The notes below the pieces were generated by a model that did no database searches, had not been told where the DNA came from, and saw only the letters and a list, made by a program, of their open reading frames with translations. The translations under genes were made by a program, and so were the position numbers. 64,000 nt of DNA from Victivallis vadensis (GTDB taxonomy: Bacteria; Verrucomicrobiota; Lentisphaeria; Victivallales; GWF2-50-93): NCBI GenBank assembly GCA_945883805.1, contig CAMCYE010000004.1, positions 9,917 through 73,916 of the forward strand, read 5' to 3'. Below are positions 29,430 through 39,891 of this stretch, in pieces; the first letter of the stretch is position 1, and every line of letters begins with the position of its first letter.

Positions 29430-29831
29430 ATGTCAAATGCAAAAGAAAAACTGCCGGGTGGAACCGAAACCATTCTCCTGGTGGACGATCAGGACACGAT
29501 ATGGGATTTCATGATCGAGGCGCTTCAGACGCTCGGATACTCAGTGATACTCGCCGAAAACGGACTTGACGCCGTGGAAATATACAAGAACAATCCGAAC
29601 CAGATTGACATGGTGATACTCGATATGATCATGCCGAAACTGGGAGGGCACGGCACCTTCTATCAGATAAGGGCGATGGATCCGAAGGCGAAAATACTTC
29701 TTTCAAGCGGATATGTCTCCGAAGAGGAGGTTCACGACATCCTCAAGCAGGGAGCCGCCGGCTTCATCCCGAAGCCGCACCGCATAAATGCAATCGCAAA
29801 GGAAATCCGCCGGATACTCGACAGCAAGTGA
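29430..29831 (+). CDS. Single-domain response regulator (receiver)
   Basis: ILLVDD, ILDMIMP, LSSGY, FIPKP. Confidence 0.9.
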   Translation: MSNAKEKLPGGTETILLVDDQDTIWDFMIEALQTLGYSVILAENGLDAVEIYKNNPNQIDMVILDMIMPKLGGHGTFYQIRAMDPKAKILLSSGYVSEEEVHDILKQGAAGFIPKPHRINAIAKEIRRILDSK

Positions 29832-30017
29832 ATTCCAGAATCAGCTCACAGCTCACAGCCATTTGCCGTATGCGGACTTCGCAAAAAAAGTATTTTTTTC
29901 AATTCCTCTTTGATTTATCCGTTATATCATTTATCTTGCGGTGCTTTATTTTTGAAAATTAAACTCGGCAAGTTTTTTCAATCCGCAATAAACATAACAA
30001 CAGGAGTAAGAAAGAAG

Positions 30018-32459
30018 ATGAGTATCAAAGGATCGTTTCTAAAAGGGTCGGCGCTTCTTGCAGCCGTCCTGTGTTCAAACTCAACAGTGTTCGCCGGCGA
30101 GGCCGACATCAAGATTCCGGACCTGAGCCAGATCACGTTTGACATTCTCGGGGCCAGAGTCTCGGGACTTTCACTCATGTACGCCGGTCTCGTCGTATGC
30201 TTCATCGGCCTTATTTTCGGCTGGGTACAGTACAAGCAGACAAAAAACCTGCCTGTCCACAAATCCATGGCCGATGTTTCCCAGACAATATGGGAAACCT
30301 GCAAGACATATCTTTTCCAGCAGGGCAAATTCCTTGCAATCCTGTGGGTGCTGATCGGCGCATGCATGATCTACTATTTCGGTTTCCTGAACAAGATGTC
30401 GATATCCAACGTAGCCGTGATCCTCGCTTGTTCCATACTCGGAATTCTCGGGTCATACGGTGTCGCATGGTTCGGCATAAGGATCAACACAAGGGCGAAT
30501 TCCCGCTCGGCTTTCGCTGCACTCCGCGGAACTCCCTGGCTCGCCCTCGCAATCCCGCTCAAATCGGGAATGAGCGTAGGACTTCTCCTGGTGAGCGTTG
30601 AGCTCTTCTTCATGATCTGCATCCTCACACTTCTCCCCACACACCTTGTCGGCGCATGCTTCATCGGATTCGCAATCGGCGAATCGCTTGGCGCAAGCGT
30701 ACTCAGGATCTGCGGTGGAATATTCACAAAAATCGCGGACATCGGCTCCGACCTCATGAAAATCGTCTTCAAACTCCCCGAAGACGATCCAAAAAATCCC
30801 GGTGTCATAGCCGACTGCACCGGTGACAATGCCGGCGATAGCGTAGGCCCGACGGCCGACGGATTTGAGACTTACGGGGTCACCGGCGTTGCAATCATCG
30901 CATTCCTCGCCCTCGCCCTCGCCGGAAACCCGGATCTCTGCGGAAAACTCATCATCTGGCTTTTCGTAATGAGAGTCCTAATGATCATCACATCCATCGT
31001 ATCATATTTCGCCAACGATTCGATTTGCACGTCAAAGTACAAAGATGCAAAAGAATTCGACGCGGAACATCCGATGACACAGCTTGTCTGGATAACATCG
31101 ATTATTTCAATACTCGTGACATACGTCGCCAGTTATCTGCTGCTTCCTCCAGATGAGACGAACCTCTATCCCAACCTCTGGTGGGTGCTTTCCACAATCA
31201 TCAGCTGCGGAACCCTTGCGGGCGCGCTGATTCCGGAATTCACCAAAATCTTCACAAGCACCAAGGCGAAGCACGTCAAGGAAGTTGTCAACTCCTCAAA
31301 ACACGGTGGAGCATCTCTCAATATCCTTTCCGGACTTGTCGCTGGAAACTTCTCGGCTTTCTGGGAAGGCCTCCTTATCCTGGTGCTGATGTTTGTCAGC
31401 TACATTATCTCAGGAAACGCGGACCTCCTTGCAATTTTCCCGAAGGGGCTTGAGTTTGCAGCGCCCATCTTCGCATTCGGCCTGGTGGCGTTCGGTTTCC
31501 TCGGAATGGGTCCGGTGACAATCGCCGTCGACAGCTTCGGTCCTGTTTCGGATAACGCACAGTCGGTATATGAACTCAGCCGCATAGAATCAATCCCCAA
31601 CATCAAAGAGGAGATCAAGAGGGATTTCGGCTTCGAACCCAACTTCGAGACGGCCAAGCACAATCTCGAAAAGAACGATGGAGCAGGCAATACTTTCAAG
31701 GCGACAGCCAAACCGGTACTCATCGGTACGGCGGTTGTCGGTGCGACAACAATGATCTTCGGCATAATCCTGCTTCTCAACAAGACAGGCGATACGGCAG
31801 GAAAGATTATAGAGAAACTGAGCCTTGTCCAGCCGGAAATCATCCTTGGAATCCTCATGGGTGGCGCTGTAATCTACTGGTTCACCGGCGCATCGATACA
31901 GGCCGTTGTGACAGGTGCCTACAGAGCCGTGGTCTACATCAAGGAAAACATTAAATTCGACGCCGAGCACGCTTCAATCAAGGACAGCAAGGAAGTTGTC
32001 AAGATTTGCACCGTCTACGCCCAAAAGGGAATGTGGAACATATTCATCGCAATATTCTGTTTCGCGCTCGCCCTCCCATTCTTCAATCCGATATTCTTTG
32101 TCGGATATCTCATCGGTATAGCATTCTTCGGACTGTACCAAGCGATATTCATGGCAAACGCAGGCGGTGCATGGGATAACGCAAAGAAGATCGTAGAAGT
32201 GGACCTCCGTCAGAAAAACACTCCGCTCCATGAAGCGAGTGTTGTCGGCGACACTGTCGGCGACCCCTTCAAAGACACTTCTTCCGTGGCAATGAACCCG
32301 GTTATCAAGTTCACGACACTCTTCGGACTTCTCGCCGTTGAAATCGCCGTGACAATGACAGACACCACCGTAAAAACGGTGATAGCCGCAGTGTTCTTCG
32401 CAATAGCTCTTGTCTTCGTCTACCGCTCATTCTATTGCATGAGAATTCCGGAAGAATAA
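30018..32459 (+). CDS. hppA: Membrane-bound ion-translocating pyrophosphatase (divergent type)
   Basis: GGIFTKIADIGSD, EDDPKNPGVIADCTGDNAGD, GNTFKA, GDTVGDPFKDTS. Confidence 0.93.
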   Translation: MSIKGSFLKGSALLAAVLCSNSTVFAGEADIKIPDLSQITFDILGARVSGLSLMYAGLVVCFIGLIFGWVQYKQTKNLPVHKSMADVSQTIWETCKTYLFQQGKFLAILWVLIGACMIYYFGFLNKMSISNVAVILACSILGILGSYGVAWFGIRINTRANSRSAFAALRGTPWLALAIPLKSGMSVGLLLVSVELFFMICILTLLPTHLVGACFIGFAIGESLGASVLRICGGIFTKIADIGSDLMKIVFKLPEDDPKNPGVIADCTGDNAGDSVGPTADGFETYGVTGVAIIAFLALALAGNPDLCGKLIIWLFVMRVLMIITSIVSYFANDSICTSKYKDAKEFDAEHPMTQLVWITSIISILVTYVASYLLLPPDETNLYPNLWWVLSTIISCGTLAGALIPEFTKIFTSTKAKHVKEVVNSSKHGGASLNILSGLVAGNFSAFWEGLLILVLMFVSYIISGNADLLAIFPKGLEFAAPIFAFGLVAFGFLGMGPVTIAVDSFGPVSDNAQSVYELSRIESIPNIKEEIKRDFGFEPNFETAKHNLEKNDGAGNTFKATAKPVLIGTAVVGATTMIFGIILLLNKTGDTAGKIIEKLSLVQPEIILGILMGGAVIYWFTGASIQAVVTGAYRAVVYIKENIKFDAEHASIKDSKEVVKICTVYAQKGMWNIFIAIFCFALALPFFNPIFFVGYLIGIAFFGLYQAIFMANAGGAWDNAKKIVEVDLRQKNTPLHEASVVGDTVGDPFKDTSSVAMNPVIKFTTLFGLLAVEIAVTMTDTTVKTVIAAVFFAIALVFVYRSFYCMRIPEE

Positions 32460-32486
32460 AAAAAACCTGGAATTGACTTGAAAATC

Positions 32487-32525
32487 AGGCCCCGGACACT
32501 ATAATGAATAGTGTCTGGGGCCTTT
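32487..32525 (+). terminator. Terminator after hppA
   Basis: AGGCCCCGGACACTAT-loop-ATAGTGTCTGGGGCCTTT. Confidence 0.7.
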
Positions 32526-32599
32526 CTTTGCATGGCATGGGCAAATTGACCAGTAATCAGCGCCTGACTGCGGAGGGCGCAGTTTTATCAATAAGAAAC

Positions 32600-32745
32600 T
32601 TTTAAAGGCTCACACTAAAGTGTGAACTCCAAATTTTGGAGTCCAGCCTTTAGGCTGTTCTTTAGACACGCTAAAGTTTACCTGCACGCCTGAGGCGTAC
32701 AAGCCTCAGGCAGCGCCAAAGGCGACCAGGGCTGTGAACTCCAAC
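32600..32745. repeat. GGAG-type REP cluster with the 55-bp form of the 36-bp element (32676-32730)
   Basis: CACACTAAAGTGTGAACTCC, GGAGTCCAGCCTTTAGGCTG, GACACGCTAAA|55 bp|GCTGTGAACTCC. Confidence 0.8.
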
Positions 32746-32858
32746 ATTAAGTTTCAAAGGAGTTGTCAGTCACAGGCAATAAAATTTCATTCTGAATTTC
32801 CGAAAAACATGAGTTTTTCAATCTCTAAATCTTTAAATCTCTAAATCACCAAATCATC

Positions 32859-33110
32859 ATGTGCCTGGCAATACCAATGAAAATAGTCTCCATCAAGTCC
32901 GACGGACGGACAGGATGCGCCGAGTATGACGGTATTAAACGCGATGTAAACCTTTCGCTCATCGACAAGCCGCAGATAGGCGACTATGTCATAATCCATG
33001 CGGGTTTTGCAATCGAAAAATTCAACATCGAGGAAGCCGAAAAACAGCTCGAACTGTTTCGGGAACTCGCAGATGCGATTGATGAAGAACGTCCCAAAAT
33101 GGGCAATTGA
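32859..33110 (+). CDS. hypC: [NiFe]-hydrogenase maturation chaperone HypC
   Basis: MCLAIP, GDYVIIHAGFAI. Confidence 0.96.
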   Translation: MCLAIPMKIVSIKSDGRTGCAEYDGIKRDVNLSLIDKPQIGDYVIIHAGFAIEKFNIEEAEKQLELFRELADAIDEERPKMGN

Positions 33111-33192
33111 TAATTCACAATTGATAATGGACAATTGACAATTAACAGCTTTGAACTACGGGCTATGAACTCTGAGCTGTGAAGGACCAGTC

Positions 33193-34281
33193 ATGAAATA
33201 CATTGATGGATTCAGAAATTCCGAAACCGCAGTCGCCATCAGCAGGCAGATCAAAGAGATTGCCTCCAAAATAGACCGTCAGATGACAATTATGGAAGTC
33301 TGCGGAACCCACACCATGTCCATTGCGAAATTCGCAATCCGGAGCCTCCTCCCGGAAAACATCCGGCTGGTCAGCGGTCCGGGATGTCCGGTCTGCGTGA
33401 CTCCGCAGGGATATATTGACGCCGCCATCGAACTCGCCGAATGCGGAAAGGTCATTGTGACCTTCGGGGACATGATCAATGTTCCAGGCACATCTTCCAG
33501 CCTTTCCAGGTCGCGTTCATCCGGAACCCACGTTGAAACATGTTATTCCCCGGCGGACGCAGTTGAAATGGCAAATAAATACCTAGATCGGCAGGTTGTC
33601 TTCCTCGCCGTCGGATTCGAGACCACGATCGGACCGGTCGTCAGCATTGTCGATTCCGCACTAAGGGAGAAAATAGAAAACCTGAGCATCTTCACGACAT
33701 TCAAGCAGATTCCGCCCGCAATGGAGGCGCTCTCATCCGACAGCGAGCTCAACATCGATGCGTTCCTGTGCCCTGCCCATGTGAGCGCAATCATAGGCGA
33801 AAAGGCATACGAGCCCTTTTCCGCAAAATACAGGAAGCCGTGCGTGATTGCCGGCTTCGAACCGCTTGACATCCTTTCAGGGATAAAGATGATAGCGGCC
33901 CAGATTTCAAACGGCGAAGCCAAGGTTGAAAACAACTATTCCAGAGTTGTCAAATACGACGGGAACCCCAAGGCGCGTGAATTCATAAACACATATCTCG
34001 AACCTGCGGACGCCCAGTGGCGCGGCATCGGAAATATTCCGGGAAGCGGACTGTCTCTCAGGAAAAAATTCGAAAAATTTGATTCGGAGAAAAAATTCGG
34101 GATGAAGGTCGATTACAAAATAAATTCCAGCAAGTGCCGGTGCGGAGATGTCTTAAAAGGGAAGATATCCCCGACAGAATGTCCTCTTTTCGCAAAAGTC
34201 TGCACACCCTCCAATCCGTCTGGGCCATGCATGGTAAGCAGTGAAGGCACATGTTCCGCCTGCTATAAGTATTCCAGATAA
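33193..34281 (+). CDS. hypD: [NiFe]-hydrogenase maturation protein HypD
   Basis: MEVCGTHT, GPGCPVC, GFETT, CMVSSEGTC. Confidence 0.96.
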   Translation: MKYIDGFRNSETAVAISRQIKEIASKIDRQMTIMEVCGTHTMSIAKFAIRSLLPENIRLVSGPGCPVCVTPQGYIDAAIELAECGKVIVTFGDMINVPGTSSSLSRSRSSGTHVETCYSPADAVEMANKYLDRQVVFLAVGFETTIGPVVSIVDSALREKIENLSIFTTFKQIPPAMEALSSDSELNIDAFLCPAHVSAIIGEKAYEPFSAKYRKPCVIAGFEPLDILSGIKMIAAQISNGEAKVENNYSRVVKYDGNPKAREFINTYLEPADAQWRGIGNIPGSGLSLRKKFEKFDSEKKFGMKVDYKINSSKCRCGDVLKGKISPTECPLFAKVCTPSNPSGPCMVSSEGTCSACYKYSR

Positions 34282-34451
34282 ATTTTTCCGCAGGGAAATC
34301 TACGATATTTTAAAAAAATATTTATTTCACATTTGCTTTTTCACATTCATGCCTTAACATAAGCGCCTTACTTTTTTGATTTTACATAAAAGCAGAAATC
34401 TGCCAGATTACAGCAGTATTTTCGCAAAACAATAATAGGTTTCACATAACG

Positions 34452-36335
34452 ATGACTTCAGTCGCCTTTTTAATATTGTTTCCCCTGATACCGGCGCTGC
34501 TTATGCTAGCATGCAAATCAGCGGCGCTCCGGAAGGGTGTCATCATCCTCTCCGCCGCCATAATAGCCATCGCATCAATCAACCTCGCCTTCAGCGCACC
34601 GAAAAACGCGGCACAGTACTTTGAAAATTTCCACCATTTCCTGGGATACATATTGCTTGCAGGTGAAATAGTCCTCGCAATCGCACTGCTGTACATGTGT
34701 CGGAAACTTCCCTTCAAAAAATTATGGATTCCCCTTCTCGTCGTCATCCAGACCGGAATGATCCTCTGGGCCGAGACCACAGGAAAAATACCCGAATCAA
34801 AATGCATTTTCTTCTTTGACAACCTTTCAATCATAATGGCCGTAATAATCGGAGTCATCGGAAGCCTCATCTGCGTCTACTCCATCGGATACATGAACCA
34901 TTATCACTCCCATCACCATGAAATCCCAGACCGCCGCAAGCTTTTCTTCTTCACAATGTTCGTTTTCCTTTCCGCCATGTTCGGAATCATCTTCTCAGAC
35001 AACCTGCTCTGGATATACTTCTTCTGGGAAGTGACCACGTTCTGTTCCTTCATAATGATCGGATACTCCGGAACCGATGAGGCCGTCGCCAACGCCTTCA
35101 AGGCATTGTGGATGAATCTACTGGGCGGAGTGGCATTTGCCGCGGCAATCGTCTACTGCTCGTGCAGTCTCAACATTATCGGTCTGGATGAGCTGATCAC
35201 CTCCGGAAAAACGGCCGCCGTCCTACTTCCAGTCATCCTCATCTCGTTTGCGGGACTCACAAAATCCGCGCAGTTTCCGTTCTCAGGCTGGCTGCTCGGA
35301 GCGATGGTCGCCCCGACACCGGTTTCCGCACTGCTCCATTCAAGCACAATGGTTAAGGCGGGCGTCTACATAATCATAAAACTCGCACCGGCCCTCCACG
35401 ACACCATCCCCGGAACAATGATTGCATTTATCGGCGCGGTCAGCTTCGTATCCTGCTCGCTCCTCGCAATTTCACAGAGCAATGCGAAACGTGTCCTGGC
35501 ATATTCCACAATCGCCAACCTCGGCCTGATTGTCGTATGCGCAGGCGTCGGCTCGGAACTTGCGCTATGGGCCGCAATCCTGCTGGTCATATTCCACGCA
35601 ATCGCAAAAGCCCTCCTCTTCCTCTCCGTCGGAACGGTTGAACACCAGATCGGCAGCAGGGATATCGAGGATATGCACGGACTGGTTTCACCTATGCCGC
35701 GAATAACGATGATAATGCTGATAGGCATCACCGGAATGTTCCTAGCACCGTTCGGAATGCTGATTAGCAAATGGGCCGCACTCGAGGCGCTCGCCCTGAA
35801 CAACCCCCTGCTCCCGATAGCCGTCATCTTCGGAAGTTCGGCGACACTGTTCTTCTGGGGCAAATGGATGGGAAAACTCATCGCCGTCACAAACGTCAGA
35901 TCCGACGCGGAAGACAAGATAGCCCAGGAGGAATGGGTGGTCCTTTCAACGCTCGCCTTCATGACCATCGCCATCTGCGCACTGTTCCCGTTTGTAGGCA
36001 TCTACCTCGTCGAACCCCTCTACGGAAGCGACCCGATGCTCAGCAAAGGCAATATAATAATCGTCAGCATACTCATGGGGCTGGTTCTTCTTGTACCGCT
36101 CGGTTTCTGCCTCCACTGGAGGAGACTCAGGAAACCGGATCCGTATCTCTGCGGCGCGGGAATCAAGGACAACTACACCCAGTTCACAGGTTCTCTCGGT
36201 CCGAAAGAATGGAAGCTCAGCAACTATTATCTTGAAAAATACTTCGGGGAAGCAAAGCTTTTCAATCTGAGTGTCTATGTTTCAACAATCCTGATATTGA
36301 TCACAATATCACTCGTATGGTGGGGAAAAGTCTGA
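34452..36335 (+). CDS. echA: Ech hydrogenase subunit A (NuoL-like)
   Basis: TKSAQFPF, AMVAPTPVSALLHSSTMVKAG; operon order. Confidence 0.9.
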   Translation: MTSVAFLILFPLIPALLMLACKSAALRKGVIILSAAIIAIASINLAFSAPKNAAQYFENFHHFLGYILLAGEIVLAIALLYMCRKLPFKKLWIPLLVVIQTGMILWAETTGKIPESKCIFFFDNLSIIMAVIIGVIGSLICVYSIGYMNHYHSHHHEIPDRRKLFFFTMFVFLSAMFGIIFSDNLLWIYFFWEVTTFCSFIMIGYSGTDEAVANAFKALWMNLLGGVAFAAAIVYCSCSLNIIGLDELITSGKTAAVLLPVILISFAGLTKSAQFPFSGWLLGAMVAPTPVSALLHSSTMVKAGVYIIIKLAPALHDTIPGTMIAFIGAVSFVSCSLLAISQSNAKRVLAYSTIANLGLIVVCAGVGSELALWAAILLVIFHAIAKALLFLSVGTVEHQIGSRDIEDMHGLVSPMPRITMIMLIGITGMFLAPFGMLISKWAALEALALNNPLLPIAVIFGSSATLFFWGKWMGKLIAVTNVRSDAEDKIAQEEWVVLSTLAFMTIAICALFPFVGIYLVEPLYGSDPMLSKGNIIIVSILMGLVLLVPLGFCLHWRRLRKPDPYLCGAGIKDNYTQFTGSLGPKEWKLSNYYLEKYFGEAKLFNLSVYVSTILILITISLVWWGKV

Positions 36336-36336
36336 A

Positions 36337-37200
36337 ATGAATCTTATATTTGCATCTTTGGCGTTTTTAATATTTGCACCGGTCGTCTGTGGTCTCCTTG
36401 CCGGATTCGACCGCATAATCAGCGCAAGAATGCAGGGCCGTTTCGGGCCCCCGCTCCTTCAGCCATTCTATGACGTGTTCAAGCTTTTCGAGAAAGAAGA
36501 CCTGGCGCTCAACAGGTTCTTCCACAGCTTTTACCTGATATGCTATCTCGTCTTCATGCTCGCAAGCGGAATCCTCTTCTTCACCGGACAGGATATCCTC
36601 CTCGTGATTTTCGCATTCACCCTGGCGGACATATTCCTCGTTCTCGCCGCATACTCGACCAATTCACCCTACAGCTTCATAGGAGCCGAACGTGAACTTC
36701 TCTTGATGATGTCCGCCGAGCCCATGATCCTCATCAGCGCCGTCGGCTTTTTCATGGCCACAAAAAGCTTCAAGGTCGCAGACATAGCGACGGCTCCCTC
36801 AAATCTGATTGTTTACCTGCCCGGAATTTTCATCGGACTTCTTTTCATACTGACGATAAAACTGCGCAAGTCGCCTTTCGACCTGTCAACCTCCCATCAC
36901 GCACATCAGGAAATTGTCAAAGGGATCACCACCGAATTCGCAGGACCATCGCTTGCCATAGTTGAAATAGCCCACTGGTATGAGACGGCGATAATGCTAG
37001 GATTCATCTTCCTTTTCTTTGCGGCATCCCCGGTTCTCGCCGCAGGCGTGGTCATCGCCGCCTATTTCATTGAAATCCTCATAGACAACACTTTCGCTAG
37101 GTTCAAATGGGAGCTTGCCCTCAAATCATCATGGACCGTGACACTTATATTCGGCGCGGTAAATCTTATTGTCCTCTTCATAATCGACAAGGTTAAATAA
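36337..37200 (+). CDS. echB: Ech hydrogenase subunit B (NuoH-like)
   Basis: ARMQGRFGPPLLQPFYD, KLRKSPFDLS. Confidence 0.9.
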   Translation: MNLIFASLAFLIFAPVVCGLLAGFDRIISARMQGRFGPPLLQPFYDVFKLFEKEDLALNRFFHSFYLICYLVFMLASGILFFTGQDILLVIFAFTLADIFLVLAAYSTNSPYSFIGAERELLLMMSAEPMILISAVGFFMATKSFKVADIATAPSNLIVYLPGIFIGLLFILTIKLRKSPFDLSTSHHAHQEIVKGITTEFAGPSLAIVEIAHWYETAIMLGFIFLFFAASPVLAAGVVIAAYFIEILIDNTFARFKWELALKSSWTVTLIFGAVNLIVLFIIDKVK

Positions 37201-37201
37201 C

Positions 37202-37672
37202 ATGTCATTCCTCACAAAATCACCATGGATAATGCATTACGACGGCTCAAGCTGCAATGGCTGCGACATTGAAGTGCTCGCCTGCCTCACACCTATGTAT
37301 GATGTTGAAAGATTCGGAATAGTCAACACCGGAAACCCGAAACATTCCGACATCCTCCTCATTACCGGCTATGTGAACACCCAGAATGTGGATGTGATCA
37401 AAAACATATACGCCAAAATGCCGGATCCGAAGGTCGTTGTGGCAATAGGCATCTGCGCCTCAACGGGCAACTTTTTCAGAGAGTGCTACAATGCCGTCGG
37501 CGGAATAGACACCGTCATTCCGGTTGATGTCTATGTCCCGGGCTGTGCCGCAAGACCCGAAGCGATAATTGACGGTGTCGTACAGGCGCTCAGCATTCTG
37601 GAAGCGAAAAAGAAGACAAACCGCAAGGCAGGAAGCGCCACGGCAACCATCAAGGACGGGAAACATGATTGA
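37202..37672 (+). CDS. echC: Ech hydrogenase small subunit C
   Basis: SCNGCDIE, GICA, YVPGCAARPEA. Confidence 0.92.
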   Translation: MSFLTKSPWIMHYDGSSCNGCDIEVLACLTPMYDVERFGIVNTGNPKHSDILLITGYVNTQNVDVIKNIYAKMPDPKVVVAIGICASTGNFFRECYNAVGGIDTVIPVDVYVPGCAARPEAIIDGVVQALSILEAKKKTNRKAGSATATIKDGKHD

Positions 37673-38066
37673 AAAACAGGAAACAGTAAATATAAACAGC
37701 AATGACGAGCTCATGAAAAACGTATCGGCAATGATGGCCGAAGGCTACAGGCTCGCAGTCATCAGCTGTACGAAACTGGATCACTTCCAGATCGACTACA
37801 GCTTCGACAGGAACTATGAATTCAGGAATTTCAGGTTCACAGTACCCCTGGAAAAACCGGAAATGCAGAGCATAAGCGGAATTTACACAAACGCCTTCAC
37901 ATACGAAAACGAAATCCACGACCTATTCGGAATCGTCGTCCACAACCTCAACATCAATTACGGCGGAAAATTCTACAGGATAAATGTCAAAGCGCCCTTC
38001 AGCACCATAAAGAAAGCTGTCGCCGTCGCCACCGCCTCAGAAGAAGGAAAGACTCAAAATGCCTAG
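37665..38066 (+). CDS. echD: Ech hydrogenase subunit D (NuoC-like)
   Basis: SISGIY..AFTYENEIHDLFG; ATG overlapping echC end. Confidence 0.88.
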   Translation: MIEKQETVNINSNDELMKNVSAMMAEGYRLAVISCTKLDHFQIDYSFDRNYEFRNFRFTVPLEKPEMQSISGIYTNAFTYENEIHDLFGIVVHNLNINYGGKFYRINVKAPFSTIKKAVAVATASEEGKTQNA

Positions 38067-39138
38067 ACGCACCATCATACCTTTCGGGCCACAGCATCCG
38101 GTACTGCCGGAACCCATCCATATCGACATCTCAGTGAGGGATGAAAAAGTCGTCGAGGCGATTCCGTCCTTCGGATTCATCCATCGCGGACTCGAACTGC
38201 TTGTCGACAAGAAAGATTTCAATGACATGACGTTCATCGCCGAACGCATCTGCGGAATATGCAGTTTCATCCACGGACAGGGCTACGTGCAGGGGATAGA
38301 GGAAATCATGAACATCGAGATTCCCGGAAGAGCCAAATATCTCCGTGTCATCTGGGCGGAACTTTCCAGGATTCACAGTCATCTGCTCTGGCTCGGACTC
38401 GCGGCCGATGCCGCCGGTTTCGAAAGCCTTTTCATGCACTGCTGGCGCATACGCGAGAAAATCCTCGACATCTTTGAGGAGACAACCGGAGGAAGAGTCA
38501 TCTTCGGCGTCTGCAAGGTCGGCGGCACAAGGAAAGATGTCGACAATGACACACTGAAAAGAATAGTCCAGGTATTGAAAACAGTGGAATCCGACTACAG
38601 GGAGATCGCAAAAGTCTTCGCCGAAGATTATTCTGTGAAACACAGGTTTTCCAATGTGGGCGTGCTTTCAAAGGACGATGCCTATAAACTCGGCGCCGTC
38701 GGCCCAGTTCTCAGGGCCAGCGGAATAGCGCAGGACACGAGAAAACTCGGCTATGCCGCCTACGGCGACCTAAGCTTCGAGCCGATCGTTGAAACCACCT
38801 GCGACTGCCATGCGCGGGGAATGGTTCGAGTCCGCGAAGTCTATCAGTCCATTGACCTCATCGAACAGGCTGTCGGAAAAATACCAGAAGGTCCTGTCGA
38901 TGTGAAAGTGACAGGTTTTCCGAAAGGCGAATTTTTCTCCAGACTTGAACAGCCCAGAGGCGAAGTGATTTACTATATCAAGGGAAACGGTACAAAACAC
39001 CTTGACAGATATCGTGTCCGCACTCCTACTTTTTCAAATGTGGCCCCTCTCGTAAAAATGCTTGAAGGCTGCGATTTTGCGGACGTTCCGGTTATAATCC
39101 TATGTATTGACCCATGCATCAGCTGCGCGGAAAGGTAA
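38059..39138 (+). CDS. echE: Ech [NiFe] hydrogenase large subunit E (group 4)
   Basis: GPQHP, ERICGIC, DPCISCAER with no C-terminal extension. Confidence 0.94.
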   Translation: MPRRTIIPFGPQHPVLPEPIHIDISVRDEKVVEAIPSFGFIHRGLELLVDKKDFNDMTFIAERICGICSFIHGQGYVQGIEEIMNIEIPGRAKYLRVIWAELSRIHSHLLWLGLAADAAGFESLFMHCWRIREKILDIFEETTGGRVIFGVCKVGGTRKDVDNDTLKRIVQVLKTVESDYREIAKVFAEDYSVKHRFSNVGVLSKDDAYKLGAVGPVLRASGIAQDTRKLGYAAYGDLSFEPIVETTCDCHARGMVRVREVYQSIDLIEQAVGKIPEGPVDVKVTGFPKGEFFSRLEQPRGEVIYYIKGNGTKHLDRYRVRTPTFSNVAPLVKMLEGCDFADVPVIILCIDPCISCAER

Positions 39139-39142
39139 TCCA

Positions 39143-39541
39143 ATGCCAATTAATCCATTCGTAAAAATGACCGCTACGGTAATCAGAAGCCTTCTGGGCA
39201 CATCCTCATGCAAAATGTATCCGTATACAAAGCCGGTATTCTATACAAGAACCCGCGGACATATCAGCATTGATACGGAAAAATGCATCCTATGCACGCT
39301 CTGCGCAAAGAAATGCCCGACATACGCGCTAAAGGTGGACAAGCCCGGCAAAACCTGGAAAATAGAGCGGACAAAATGCATAATGTGCCTGGCCTGTGTC
39401 ACCGCGTGTCCGAAAAAATGCCTGCACACGGAAAACCAGTATTCCCCTCCGGTATGCTCAAAAACTGAAGAAGTCTTCAACGTCGAGCCGCCAGCCCCCG
39501 CAAAAGCGGAAAGTTGCCCGGATAAAAATGCGTCCGTGTGA
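39143..39541 (+). CDS. echF: Ech hydrogenase subunit F (2x4Fe-4S)
   Basis: CILCTLCAKKCP and CIMCLACVTACP. Confidence 0.9.
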   Translation: MPINPFVKMTATVIRSLLGTSSCKMYPYTKPVFYTRTRGHISIDTEKCILCTLCAKKCPTYALKVDKPGKTWKIERTKCIMCLACVTACPKKCLHTENQYSPPVCSKTEEVFNVEPPAPAKAESCPDKNASV

Positions 39542-39698
39542 TGGTCGTCAGTCGCTAGTCGTCAGTCGCTGGTTGTAAAACAATCAGAAAACACTTGAAA
39601 TTCCATCTGTAGACGTGTTACTTTTATCCACCATAGAAGATCACTGACGCATTCCTACAAATCCGTATAAACGCGATAAGTACAGTCTTTACTTGGTT

Positions 39699-39821
39699 GA
39701 GGTAATTTCAAAACTAGGAATTCAGGAGTCAGAAGACAGGAGACAGAATTGAATTTGAACTCAAATTCGGTTTTATTCCGAATCCTGGCTTCTGAATTCT
39801 GACTACTTTTGAAATTGGCTC
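39699..39821. mobile_element. MITE-like shell with 17-bp terminal inverted repeats carrying heptamer arrays
   Basis: GAGGTAATTTCAAAACT ... ACTTTTGAAATTGGCTC; same ends at 42085-42197. Confidence 0.7.
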
Positions 39822-39891
39822 GGTTATTGGACATTTCCGCCATGGCGGATTGGATATTGGATATTCATGTATTTCGAGGTACTTTTCCTTC

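Noticed and set aside
32859-39541. Selenocysteine or stop-codon recoding in hydrogenase genes
   Set aside because: All metal-binding motifs use Cys and ORFs end at expected positions
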